Of a stretch of DNA of 64,000 nucleotides, positions 19,943 through 29,010 are shown one piece after another. The number at the start of each line of letters is the position of its first letter. Position 1 is the stretch's first letter. The translations under genes and the position numbers were made by a program. The notes beneath the pieces were generated by a model. The model made no database searches, was not told the DNA's origin, and was given only the letters and a program-made list of their open reading frames with translations. This stretch comes from an uncultured virus (IMG/VR IMGVR_UViG_3300035150_000049) (taxonomy: Duplodnaviria; Heunggongvirae; Uroviricota; Caudoviricetes): the IMG/VR virus record IMGVR_UViG_3300035150_000049. The stretch is one strand, 5' to 3'.

Positions 19943-20722
19943 TCAAGTTGCAATTAGTGCCTGCACAATCCCTATCATCTGCGCGGCGATCTCGCGTTGC
20001 CCCTCTATCGATGGGTGTCCGTCGAACATCGACAGCGTCTCGCTGTACCGTAAGATTTTATAGGCATAGTGGGGCAACGTTGGATTATCCTCGAACCCGA
20101 CCAAAATCACGCCCGCCTGATGTAACCTGTATAGATCGTTCAAATAGCGCACCGGTGCATGTGCGATCGGCTGCGCGTATGCGTAAATCATCCTCAAATA
20201 TTCGAGTATCATTATATCGCGTGGCCAAAGTGCGTATTCCAAAACGTCGCGGGGGAAACTTACCTCAATATCGTTTGGCGTTACGAGGTATACAGTCAGG
20301 TCGGCGACTTCGCGGTATTGCTCGAATGTCGCATAGATATTCTCGGATGAATATCCCGGCACGGCGGCGTTTATCACGCGCCAATCGGGAAGCGCTTTAG
20401 CAATGAGGTTGGCGGCAGTATCCGCATCATTTACGCCCCAACCGAACAACACGCTATCACCCACCAGTACAAGCGTTTTACGCGCGTTTAAATTCGTGTC
20501 TGGCACAACGCGCGCGCCGTTTTCGACGCAATACCCCCACTGTAAATTTTTGTAACAGCGGTCAGCGAGCGCATAGCCGCGCGTTGGATGCGTGATGTAC
20601 CCAGCATTTACAATGAAGTGAGACGCTTGTAAAGCAGTGTATCCATAGGGATCGAACATACACAATAACCACTCAAGAAGAATGATCGTCGCAAACACCG
20701 AGGCGTACACTTCGCGTTTCAT
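19943..20722 (-). CDS. SGNH/GDSL hydrolase or O-acyltransferase-like protein with N-terminal TM helix
   Basis: LVGDSVLFGWGV, INAAVPGYS, PNDI, DGHPS catalytic blocks. Confidence 0.85.
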   Translation of the reverse strand: MKREVYASVFATIILLEWLLCMFDPYGYTALQASHFIVNAGYITHPTRGYALADRCYKNLQWGYCVENGARVVPDTNLNARKTLVLVGDSVLFGWGVNDADTAANLIAKALPDWRVINAAVPGYSSENIYATFEQYREVADLTVYLVTPNDIEVSFPRDVLEYALWPRDIMILEYLRMIYAYAQPIAHAPVRYLNDLYRLHQAGVILVGFEDNPTLPHYAYKILRYSETLSMFDGHPSIEGQREIAAQMIGIVQALIAT

Positions 20723-21151
20723 TGATTCTCCGTGGTATTGCGCGCATCTTCGAGTCGCTTGATGATTTTGCATAGTGCGCGATAACGGGTTTCTAATCCT
20801 ATGATTTGTTTTTCAATGCCGATTTTCTCCGCGCAGTAGTCGGCAAGAAACATATCAATGATAGCGGGAGAAAGGTCAATTGATTGAATATATGCAACCC
20901 CGCACTCAGTCGTTGAATTCATCGTTTCTTTGGCCTCCAAATAAATCGCTTCCATCGTTTCGCCAACTCGCGTCGCCAGGATCGTCGTTTCATTAATTCG
21001 CCAACCTATCTCTCAATCGTTCTAGAAAAAGAAAAAGGTATTCAGGAGCACAAACGGCCATATTAAAAATGATGATTAGTAAAATCTCAAAAAGCACCAT
21101 TGCCACTACATGACATAAAAATATTGCTATTGACATATTTAGCCTCTTCTT

Positions 21152-21694
21152 TTAGATATATAGTTCAAGCTCAGCGCCCGCGACTACCGTAAGTGGAACA
21201 ATAAATGTTAAGGTAAGCACAAAGAATATGAGTTCACCAATCACCAACGGTATGCCAATCTGGTGTGCAAAAAACTTTCCCAGGACAATAATGCAAATTG
21301 CCCAAAGAAATCCACGAACCAAAAAGTACATAATTCCTGTAATTCCGCGAATCCAATCCATCAATCTATTTCTATAGACCAATCTACATAAATCAATCTT
21401 GTACTTCCACCTCACTTCCCAACAGATATGCTCAAGATAATTATCTCGACACAAAAATAGCGAAAGTAGAGGAGTAAGCAATAGAATGGCGAAACCAATA
21501 TCAGCGACTAAGCCGAGTAAATTGTCATCATAGGGTTGTCCGAGACGTTGATTGAACTCTCGAACAACCCCTATATATGATTGCCAAAACAAGGAACTAA
21601 CGATCCCTATCATGACAACAATTAACATATAAAGAAAGGTTCTTAAACGGCGTCTATTGTACATAATGACCTCTTCTACATTATTATTTATCAC
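21152..21694 (-). CDS. multi-pass membrane protein, AT-rich
   Basis: About four hydrophobic segments; visibly lower GC than the flanks. Confidence 0.55.
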   Translation of the reverse strand: MINNNVEEVIMYNRRRLRTFLYMLIVVMIGIVSSLFWQSYIGVVREFNQRLGQPYDDNLLGLVADIGFAILLLTPLLSLFLCRDNYLEHICWEVRWKYKIDLCRLVYRNRLMDWIRGITGIMYFLVRGFLWAICIIVLGKFFAHQIGIPLVIGELIFFVLTLTFIVPLTVVAGAELELYI

Positions 21695-22460
21695 GCCGGA
21701 TGATCTCGCGGTTCCGGGTCATGCGCCACTGGCTGTTTGAAGTCGTACAGATTTTCCCCTTGCATTCGGCTTGGTTAGCTTCGACCGCGCTGGCGTTCAG
21801 TCGCGCCCCAACTTTTGGATGGTCAAGATGCACAGCCGTAATTGCGGCGCTCGTATCGATAACCTCTGCATTCTTTTGCAGCGCTTGCCATATCATCCAG
21901 TTGTCCCATTTCCACGCCCCGATAGCGAGCGACGCCGGAATGTCTTCATACAGTCCACGCGAGAAAATGAAATAATCGAGCGCGCCGCCGCCGTGAAAGC
22001 GGTTCTGACGGTGCATTTCGTCGCGCAATATCCGCTGCCAGCCAGCCTCGCCCACGGGCCACGGTTTTAGCCCCAACGGACTGACATCCCAGCGTCCGCC
22101 TGATGCCAGCCATTTTTCAAAGCCACGTGACTGGAGTGCTTCGACGGCGGGAAGCAAATCATCCAAAAACATGATGTCCGCATTCGTGTACATGATGGTA
22201 TCATGCGACGCGACTTTGAATGCCGCCTTGAACGCATAACGCAGCGACGGCGCGCCGGACGCATGACGGCGCACACGTTTTAGAAGTTGGAAATCGAATT
22301 CTTGGGCAACATCGGCAACACCACCGTCGTCATAAACCAAAAAAACTTCTTGCCCGGTTTCCTTGAGTGTGCGTAGGCAATAGCGCTGAATGGCGGCAAT
22401 ATATCGCCCGTCGTCTGATTCATCGTTAAATGGTCTACAGGTCGTGAAAATACTCAGCAT
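21684..22460 (-). CDS. glycosyltransferase (GT-A fold)
   Basis: IMYTNADIMF, GGRWD, LDYFIF, WDNWM; start taken at MLSIFTT. Confidence 0.7.
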   Translation of the reverse strand: MLSIFTTCRPFNDESDDGRYIAAIQRYCLRTLKETGQEVFLVYDDGGVADVAQEFDFQLLKRVRRHASGAPSLRYAFKAAFKVASHDTIMYTNADIMFLDDLLPAVEALQSRGFEKWLASGGRWDVSPLGLKPWPVGEAGWQRILRDEMHRQNRFHGGGALDYFIFSRGLYEDIPASLAIGAWKWDNWMIWQALQKNAEVIDTSAAITAVHLDHPKVGARLNASAVEANQAECKGKICTTSNSQWRMTRNREIIRRDK

Positions 22461-22462
22461 GT

Positions 22463-23227
22463 TCAATCCTTTCGGGCAACTACTAAGAGGTGCCAGCCTA
22501 AATGTTTTTCTAGCCAACGGAACGCGCGCACCGGTAGCCATCGCCACGGACGCGCCTTGACGTACCGATACGCCTTATAGTCCGCGATGCGCCACGGGAA
22601 GATATGATCGACCCGCATTGAAATAATCCGAAACCCCGCGCGTTTGAGTAATCGCCGTATCCCGCGCCGCGTATACGTGCGCGCTAGCGGACATCCCGCC
22701 TGCGCCTCCGGTCGCGCTAATCCCAACGCTACCGCCGCCGCCTTTGTGCTCCATTTGTGATACACCATGAGGCGGAATTCGCCGCCGGGCTTTAGGTAGT
22801 GGTAAACGTTGGCGATAGCGCGTTCGGGGCGGGGAGTATGGTGCAAGACACCGAATGCGAAAACGAGATCGAAGCCGGAGAGATAGACTAAACGCTCTTC
22901 GATGTTGGCATTAACAAGTAATCCGTTCAGATCATGCCGGTGGAAATTCTGCGCTGCTAAAAAAAGCGACTCGGATGAAAAATCCAGCGCGGTTATGTCT
23001 GCGCCGTCAAGTGCGAAATCGACCGCCATTGTACCCAGACCGCAGCCGAGGTCAAGGACACGCTTTCCGCGCCAGTGCTGAAACTGCGCGAAGTCGGGGA
23101 TATGCGGCTCTACAAAATATTTGCGTTTGCGAACCTGTTCGAAATATTCCCGACTGCCCGACTCGGCATTCGAGTGGTTGGCGTTGCAGGGTTGCGCATC
23201 CCAATACGCGCGGAGATCGCTAATCAT
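22463..23227 (-). CDS. class I SAM-dependent methyltransferase
   Basis: VLDLGCGLG, FDLVFAFGVLHH, LKPGG. Confidence 0.9.
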   Translation of the reverse strand: MISDLRAYWDAQPCNANHSNAESGSREYFEQVRKRKYFVEPHIPDFAQFQHWRGKRVLDLGCGLGTMAVDFALDGADITALDFSSESLFLAAQNFHRHDLNGLLVNANIEERLVYLSGFDLVFAFGVLHHTPRPERAIANVYHYLKPGGEFRLMVYHKWSTKAAAVALGLARPEAQAGCPLARTYTRRGIRRLLKRAGFRIISMRVDHIFPWRIADYKAYRYVKARPWRWLPVRAFRWLEKHLGWHLLVVARKD

Positions 23228-23585
23228 TTCCGTCTATCCAATTATCTAACAATTCCTCTGATTTACTTTTGTCAATCCGTCCGGCTAAAAGTTCTTCAAA
23301 TTTCATATAGTATATATTATTTGTAAGCGGCGGTTCAAAGATGCGCACAAACTTGAAAGTAAACAACAAATCTTCATATATTAGTGATAAAAGACTGCCG
23401 CATCCAATGCCTTCTGGATTAAGACCAGTTGCCGATTCGAAGGAATCTGGCGCAATGCTAAGTGTCATTTTATCTAATTCGCCATTTTGCTGTCTTGCCA
23501 TTCTAAATCGTTCCGCAATTACTTGCGCGAGGTGGCAATTTTTTGCAGCCCGGTAGTTCTTGACCTTTTCTATTTGATCAGTCAT
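23220..23585 (-). CDS. hypothetical protein
   Basis: 121 aa ORF overlapping both neighbours. Confidence 0.5.
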   Translation of the reverse strand: MTDQIEKVKNYRAAKNCHLAQVIAERFRMARQQNGELDKMTLSIAPDSFESATGLNPEGIGCGSLLSLIYEDLLFTFKFVRIFEPPLTNNIYYMKFEELLAGRIDKSKSEELLDNWIDGND

Positions 23586-24300
23586 CCCACGTCACCCATA
23601 TATCCTCGTTGCTGACCTGCTCCCACTTCGCGCCCCAACTTTCGAGTAGGTCGGTGATTGCTTTAGGTTCGTATCCAAACTGTCGGGTATTCGGCGCGTA
23701 GTATTCGATAAGCATTTGAGGCTTGCAAAATCTGATGGTTTTCTCACCGCCGCGCAAGACAAAGAGTTCATAGCCCTCAGTGTCGATTTTGATGAAGTGG
23801 CACCATTCACCGTCTCGATAATAGTCATCAATACTGAATATTGTTGTTATTTCGATCGTATAGTCTTTAAAGCGCGCGGGGCTTTGCGCAAGGGTAGCAA
23901 GACCGCTTTGATTATTCTTGGGAATGCAAAGCTGTTGAATTCTTGCGGTATGGTCGCGTAAACCACCTAATGCATGCGCTTTGATAATAACGCGATCCTC
24001 GAAAAGACCATTCGCGCCGCAACTGCTGCCTAAAATCACTACCGCCTCTGGATTCGGCTCAAATGCCCATACTTTCATTCCCGGATGCAACGTTGCTAGC
24101 AACGTGAAGCTTCCGGTGTTTGCACCCACGTCCAGCACGACTGGGTATTCAACCTTCGCCGCTTGTTCATAGAAAAACTTAAGCGTCTTCTCATCCCACG
24201 CCGCCGGTATACCGTTTTTGCGCGCTTGAAACGACCCGCCAATTTCGGCGGCGCGGGGGTCGATTTCAACCATATGGTCGTCAAATAGATAGGCTTTCAT
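23578..24300 (-). CDS. FkbM-family methyltransferase
   Basis: LDVGANTG, AFEPNP, IKIDTEGYELFVLRG. Confidence 0.9.
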   Translation of the reverse strand: MKAYLFDDHMVEIDPRAAEIGGSFQARKNGIPAAWDEKTLKFFYEQAAKVEYPVVLDVGANTGSFTLLATLHPGMKVWAFEPNPEAVVILGSSCGANGLFEDRVIIKAHALGGLRDHTARIQQLCIPKNNQSGLATLAQSPARFKDYTIEITTIFSIDDYYRDGEWCHFIKIDTEGYELFVLRGGEKTIRFCKPQMLIEYYAPNTRQFGYEPKAITDLLESWGAKWEQVSNEDIWVTWDD

Positions 24301-24530
24301 AGGGTGTACTCACTTAACGCCTTTTGCGCGTTCTCCCACACGCAACTCGATGAATGTCCACGTCCCTCTCGATGCCGGCAAAACCAGCAATAATCAGAAT
24401 AATCATCCGCGTCTACATAGGGGTTCATATTGACTACCTGTTTAAGTATCTTTTTCAATCCCGTCACTGAAGCCGAAAGTTGGGTGATATATTCGGCCTG
24501 ATTAGCGATTATTTCATTGCGCTCATCCAT
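24297..24530 (-). CDS. small CxxC-H-C protein
   Basis: NPY...CWFC...HSSSCVWENA. Confidence 0.6.
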   Translation of the reverse strand: MDERNEIIANQAEYITQLSASVTGLKKILKQVVNMNPYVDADDYSDYCWFCRHREGRGHSSSCVWENAQKALSEYTL

Positions 24531-25116
24531 CCTCGCCTCTCCTAAATAATAAGTTCTCCTCTTTCCCGCGCGTCTGTGGCGTCGCGCTCACCAACCCAAA
24601 ACCGCGCGCTTTCATATAGTTTACCACATCTTCTTTTTTGCTCGCGCCGACATAGAGTGGCTGCAACTGCACTTCAACCAGAATATCCCGAACGTCTTTG
24701 ATGCGTTCACCTAAGCCGCGTACAACTGCAAGGTCGTGGCCCTGCGTATCAACCTTGATATAGTCAACGTCCGCTATCTGGTGCTTATACATAAAGGCAT
24801 CAAGTCGAATCGTTGGCACTTGAATGGTTTCGGTATCGCCAAAGGCCGCGCCCCAAGCGGCTTTGCCCTGCGCATCGAACGGAAGTAAGGAACTGGTCTC
24901 AGACGCGCCGTGTACGTAAAATTCTGCTGTACCATTAGTATCACTGACGGCAAGATTTTGCACTTTATAATTCGCCGGTGCTTTTTCGTGAAGCGCGGCA
25001 GCAAGCGCCGGGATTGGTTCAAAGGCGTAGACAATCAGGTCAGGGTTGCCGCGCGCGGCGGCAAGGGTAGACTGCCCGATATGTGCGCCAACATCAAACC
25101 AGATAGGCATAATCAA
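24523..25116 (-). CDS. FkbM-family methyltransferase
   Basis: FDVGAHIG, AFEPIP, IKVDTQGHDLAVVRG. Confidence 0.9.
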   Translation of the reverse strand: MIMPIWFDVGAHIGQSTLAAARGNPDLIVYAFEPIPALAAALHEKAPANYKVQNLAVSDTNGTAEFYVHGASETSSLLPFDAQGKAAWGAAFGDTETIQVPTIRLDAFMYKHQIADVDYIKVDTQGHDLAVVRGLGERIKDVRDILVEVQLQPLYVGASKKEDVVNYMKARGFGLVSATPQTRGKEENLLFRRGEDG

Positions 25117-25306
25117 CCTCTACGCCTAGAAGGTCTACGGCGCGCTGCCAAATGCAATTTTCTTTATGATTCTGCCTCTTTACTTTGTAATCATACTTGC
25201 AGTAGCAATATTTACAATTGCATAGCCCGTAATTATCTTCAATAAATGGATTGAATTGTATCCATTCCCTAAGTAACTCAAGCACCGCGTCGTCACTCTT
25301 CGGCAT
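25094..25306 (-). CDS. small CxxC-H-C protein
   Basis: NPF...CKYC...HKENCIWQRA. Confidence 0.6.
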   Translation of the reverse strand: MPKSDDAVLELLREWIQFNPFIEDNYGLCNCKYCYCKYDYKVKRQNHKENCIWQRAVDLLGVEVDYAYLV

Positions 25307-26348
25307 TCTTCACCTCCCCCTCTACCCACTGGTACAGCCGCGCAATTCCATCTTTAAGCTGGATTTGCGGCTCCCAGTTCAGTAATTCTTTCGCATAACC
25401 GATATCGGCGTTACGCGCCTGTACTCCAACCGGACCATCAACATGATTAATCGATAGTTCAACACCAGCGGCGCGGGCGACCGCGTAGGCCAATTCGTCA
25501 ACCGTGACCATGTGGGTATCGCCGAGGTTGAGAGGCTGCGATAGCATAACTTGGTATAATTTTGCGCGAGATTCAATACTTATACCGGTAATATGTACGC
25601 TCAATCGAGCTGCTGCTTGGTATACATCCCTCTCGTTCATCTCCATCAGCCGCCATATCCCATTAATCAAATCATCCACATGAATATAACTCCGCAGCGC
25701 TGCCCCATCGCCCCATACGTCAATCTCCGCCGTGCCGTCATTGCGCGCTAACTTACTCGCAGCAACCTTCCGGCATAACGCCGCCGGCGCTTTCTCGCGC
25801 CCGCCCCGCCATGTGCCATATTCGCCATAGCAGTTATGGAACCGCGCGGCGCGGGTATCCAAACCATAATCGCGCGCATAAACTGCGCATAGGCGTTCGG
25901 TGTAGAGTTTTTCCCAGCCGTATTCGTTATGAGGGTTGGCGGGGTAGGCGTCATTCTCTGCGAGGTCGGCGTGTTCGGCGTCCCGGTTGGGATAGACGCA
26001 CGCCGATGAACTGAAAAAATATCGTTCAACGCCGGACTGTCGCGCCGCTTCCAGCATGTTCAAATTAATGCGCGTATTGATACGCATCATGTCGGCGTCG
26101 TGTTCGGCGAGGTAGCCCATGCCGCCCATGTCGGCGGCAAGCTGAAACACCCAATCGATACCACGGCAGGCATTGACCGCCGCACCGTAGTGCGTCAAAT
26201 CAGCTAGCTCGAACTCATCACAACCTTGTTTTTCGCGGTGTTCGTGATGTTTGATGTCAACGCCGCGCACCCAATACCCTTTATCTTTCAAGAACTCCAC
26301 TAGGTGGCCGCCGATAAAACCGCCGGCCCCCGCAACTAAGATTTTCAT
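25293..26348 (-). CDS. NAD-dependent sugar epimerase, GDP-mannose 3',5'-epimerase-like
   Basis: GAGGFIG, LAADMGGMG, SSSACVYP, YGWEK, GGREKAPAALCRK; start taken at MKILVAG. Confidence 0.85.
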   Translation of the reverse strand: MKILVAGAGGFIGGHLVEFLKDKGYWVRGVDIKHHEHREKQGCDEFELADLTHYGAAVNACRGIDWVFQLAADMGGMGYLAEHDADMMRINTRINLNMLEAARQSGVERYFFSSSACVYPNRDAEHADLAENDAYPANPHNEYGWEKLYTERLCAVYARDYGLDTRAARFHNCYGEYGTWRGGREKAPAALCRKVAASKLARNDGTAEIDVWGDGAALRSYIHVDDLINGIWRLMEMNERDVYQAAARLSVHITGISIESRAKLYQVMLSQPLNLGDTHMVTVDELAYAVARAAGVELSINHVDGPVGVQARNADIGYAKELLNWEPQIQLKDGIARLYQWVEGEVKNAEE

Positions 26349-26520
26349 TTGGCCTCTCACTGCGCCGCTAGGCGCGAAAACGTATCTATCAACGTAGCTA
26401 AACCGGCGGCAATTACCGCAACGGTCATTAACACGCACCCCGCCTTATCTAAGCACGGTGTTTCGGCTTCCTCATAATGAATCGTGCCGCCGCCTTCATC
26501 TTCTACCCATTGTGATTCAC

Positions 26521-27159
26521 TCATTTTGACCTCTCGAATATAAAGAATTGCCTCAGTAAGCCCCCCCCACGTTGATATTTGCCATCATAAGCCGGTAGCC
26601 ACTGATAAGCGGGATGATCGGGCTGCGAGATATCTGGATGTGCTTCGTAATCATACATATGTAGCATATGCTTAATATAATTCGGTGACGGCCTACATCC
26701 AAATCCGTTCATTGATTGATCTGCCCCGTTTGTTTCATTCACCGGGAAACGTTCAAGACAAGACGAATCGGTGACAACTGTGCTCAACAAAACTAACGGT
26801 GTTTGACTTGCGCGCAAAACACGACCTAATCCGGCGATTGGAAGCATCAAATGATAGAGCACCCCGAACATTAGCACAACATCAAATTCAGGCGTCAAAT
26901 GTGGATATTCTTTGTCAATATCACATACCCGGATATCCAGTCCCGGATACCTGCGCCGCGCCTCTTCGACATTTGTTTTCCTGCCCTCTAACGCCACGAC
27001 TTCGCAGCCCCAATCGAGCAGATATTTCGACAAATGCCCTACGCCTGCGCCTACGTCAAGCACGCGCATGCCGGGTTGAATGATGCCCAGGCTCTTGACG
27101 TGACTCATGCGCGCTTCGTTGAGCGCGAGCGCCTCCGGGCGGTCAAAGGGTAAAGTCAT
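26521..27159 (-). CDS. class I SAM-dependent methyltransferase
   Basis: VLDVGAGVG, FDVVLMFGVLYHL. Confidence 0.85.
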   Translation of the reverse strand: MTLPFDRPEALALNEARMSHVKSLGIIQPGMRVLDVGAGVGHLSKYLLDWGCEVVALEGRKTNVEEARRRYPGLDIRVCDIDKEYPHLTPEFDVVLMFGVLYHLMLPIAGLGRVLRASQTPLVLLSTVVTDSSCLERFPVNETNGADQSMNGFGCRPSPNYIKHMLHMYDYEAHPDISQPDHPAYQWLPAYDGKYQRGGGLLRQFFIFERSK

Positions 27160-28481
27160 TTTCCTACCCCCAGTGGAACATATCGCACGCCGGAGGGGAG
27201 GTCGTTAGGGTCAAGCGAGCGCCAACAATCTATGATCGTTTGTCCTGGTTGATAGGGGAGGTGCTGGAAATGCGTGTAGGGCAACGCGACAACAATCACG
27301 TCGGCCTGCCTCACGAGCGCGTCGAAGTCCGACCAACCGTCAAGCGTTGGGTCAATGGTCATGGCTTCAACACGGGCGAGCGCCAAGTAGTCAGCGAGCG
27401 CCAGTCCGAAACTTTCTTCGGTAATGGGCGTCCCGACTTTATAGGCTGCACCCAGGACAAGAACAGAGCCATCCTCCGGCAGCGCTTCCCGCGCCAACTC
27501 CCCGACGAATTCGACATGCACTTGATTAATCTTCACGCTGATGTACGGTATCCCCGCGTACCCATTCCAGAGGTCGGCTTTGTCGAGCGCCTTCATCATC
27601 GCGCGTCCGTCACGCGGAAAACACGGCCCGCCGTACCCGGTCGCACCCTTAAAATACTTCGGTGAAACACGGCTGTCTAATCCCATCGCGCCGGTTACGT
27701 CATCGACATGCGCGTCCGGTGTGCGGTGGCAAAGTACCGCGAGGGTATTGGCGAACGAGATTTTAAGCGTGATGTAGGTATTAAGCGCGAGTTTAGTTAC
27801 TTCGGCAGAGGAGATAGACATCAAGGCGTATTGCGTCTCTTCGCCGGGAAAGCTAGGATTCAACTCTTCGTATATCATCTTGAGCCGTTCGGCATCGAGT
27901 TCGTTTCCGCCAATCAGCACGAAGTCGGGATCAAGAAAGTCATCTACCACGCTTCCCTGAGCAATAAACGCCGGCGAATAACAGAAACCCAGCATATCCC
28001 CAAGCTTGCGCCCGGCTGCCAATTCAAGCGCGGGAATAATCTTAGTCTCGCAGTCGCTCGGCATGACGGTAGACGAAAGCACCACGAGGTGATAGGCGTC
28101 TTTGTCTTTGATAGCTTCTCCGGTGGAGAGCATCGCTTCAATGCAATAGTTGGTATCAAAACTACCATCAGAAAGCGATGGCGTGGGTACGATGACAAAG
28201 GTTGCGCTAGTGTCGGTAATTTTGGCGGCGTTGTCCATTGTGTGGAGTTCAAGATTGCCGCGCGCATTTGCTTCACTCAATAATTCGCTTACCTGCGGTT
28301 CGGGGTAGGTAGATTGGAGTGGGGCAGTGAATGCATCAGGGGATTTATCAAAGGCATACACCCAAAAAGGCCAAGCGTATCGAACCGGGTCTTCAATAGG
28401 AATTATGATCTCATGACGTGACACAAATGCAGCGGCTAACGCGCTGCCTAGTTTGCCGAACCCGACAATGGAGATTTTCAT
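27156..28481 (-). CDS. UDP-glucose/GDP-mannose dehydrogenase family
   Basis: GFGKLG, VPTPS, SSTVMP, KISFAN, GYGGPCFPRD. Confidence 0.92.
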   Translation of the reverse strand: MKISIVGFGKLGSALAAAFVSRHEIIIPIEDPVRYAWPFWVYAFDKSPDAFTAPLQSTYPEPQVSELLSEANARGNLELHTMDNAAKITDTSATFVIVPTPSLSDGSFDTNYCIEAMLSTGEAIKDKDAYHLVVLSSTVMPSDCETKIIPALELAAGRKLGDMLGFCYSPAFIAQGSVVDDFLDPDFVLIGGNELDAERLKMIYEELNPSFPGEETQYALMSISSAEVTKLALNTYITLKISFANTLAVLCHRTPDAHVDDVTGAMGLDSRVSPKYFKGATGYGGPCFPRDGRAMMKALDKADLWNGYAGIPYISVKINQVHVEFVGELAREALPEDGSVLVLGAAYKVGTPITEESFGLALADYLALARVEAMTIDPTLDGWSDFDALVRQADVIVVALPYTHFQHLPYQPGQTIIDCWRSLDPNDLPSGVRYVPLGVGK

Positions 28482-28999
28482 GATGTGACCTCTGGTTCAT
28501 TGTCCCCGCCAAACGAAACGTCGCTTAGATCGGCAGAGTACCCTTTTTCGTTTTCGGTTATGCGCTCATTAGATATTTCCAAGACGGCGCGTCGCCGGCC
28601 ACAAAAGTCCCTTCGCATAAGATATGCATGGCGGGGCGCTTCCTTGCTCTCCGCGCGCTCAAGCGCCGCCTTGAGTTTGGCGAGTGCACTAAAGATATCA
28701 TCCTGTACATTCGTTTCGGGAATAGTGAATTTAAGGTTAGCGAGCGCGTGGAATTCATCGGAGTCTAGAGTGAGGTGAGCTGTGTGGCGTAGAAGAGCAG
28801 GGCAGTAAGCGCCGCTTATTTCTTCGCTATAGCAGAAAGTATCGCCGTCCGGCTTGACTGTATCAACCTCTCCACTAGCGTCTACTAAAATTACATCTTT
28901 TCGATCAGGAACATCGCGACGAACTATAAAACACTCGGATGCATACTGCGCTGCGCGCCAATTCCCCCACTTGCCATCAATCAATCTATAGGTTTTCAT
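28478..28999 (-). CDS. hypothetical protein
   Basis: ORF with GAGG RBS before MKTYRL; overlaps the dehydrogenase start. Confidence 0.5.
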   Translation of the reverse strand: MKTYRLIDGKWGNWRAAQYASECFIVRRDVPDRKDVILVDASGEVDTVKPDGDTFCYSEEISGAYCPALLRHTAHLTLDSDEFHALANLKFTIPETNVQDDIFSALAKLKAALERAESKEAPRHAYLMRRDFCGRRRAVLEISNERITENEKGYSADLSDVSFGGDNEPEVTS

Positions 29000-29010
29000 A
29001 TTGACCTCTC

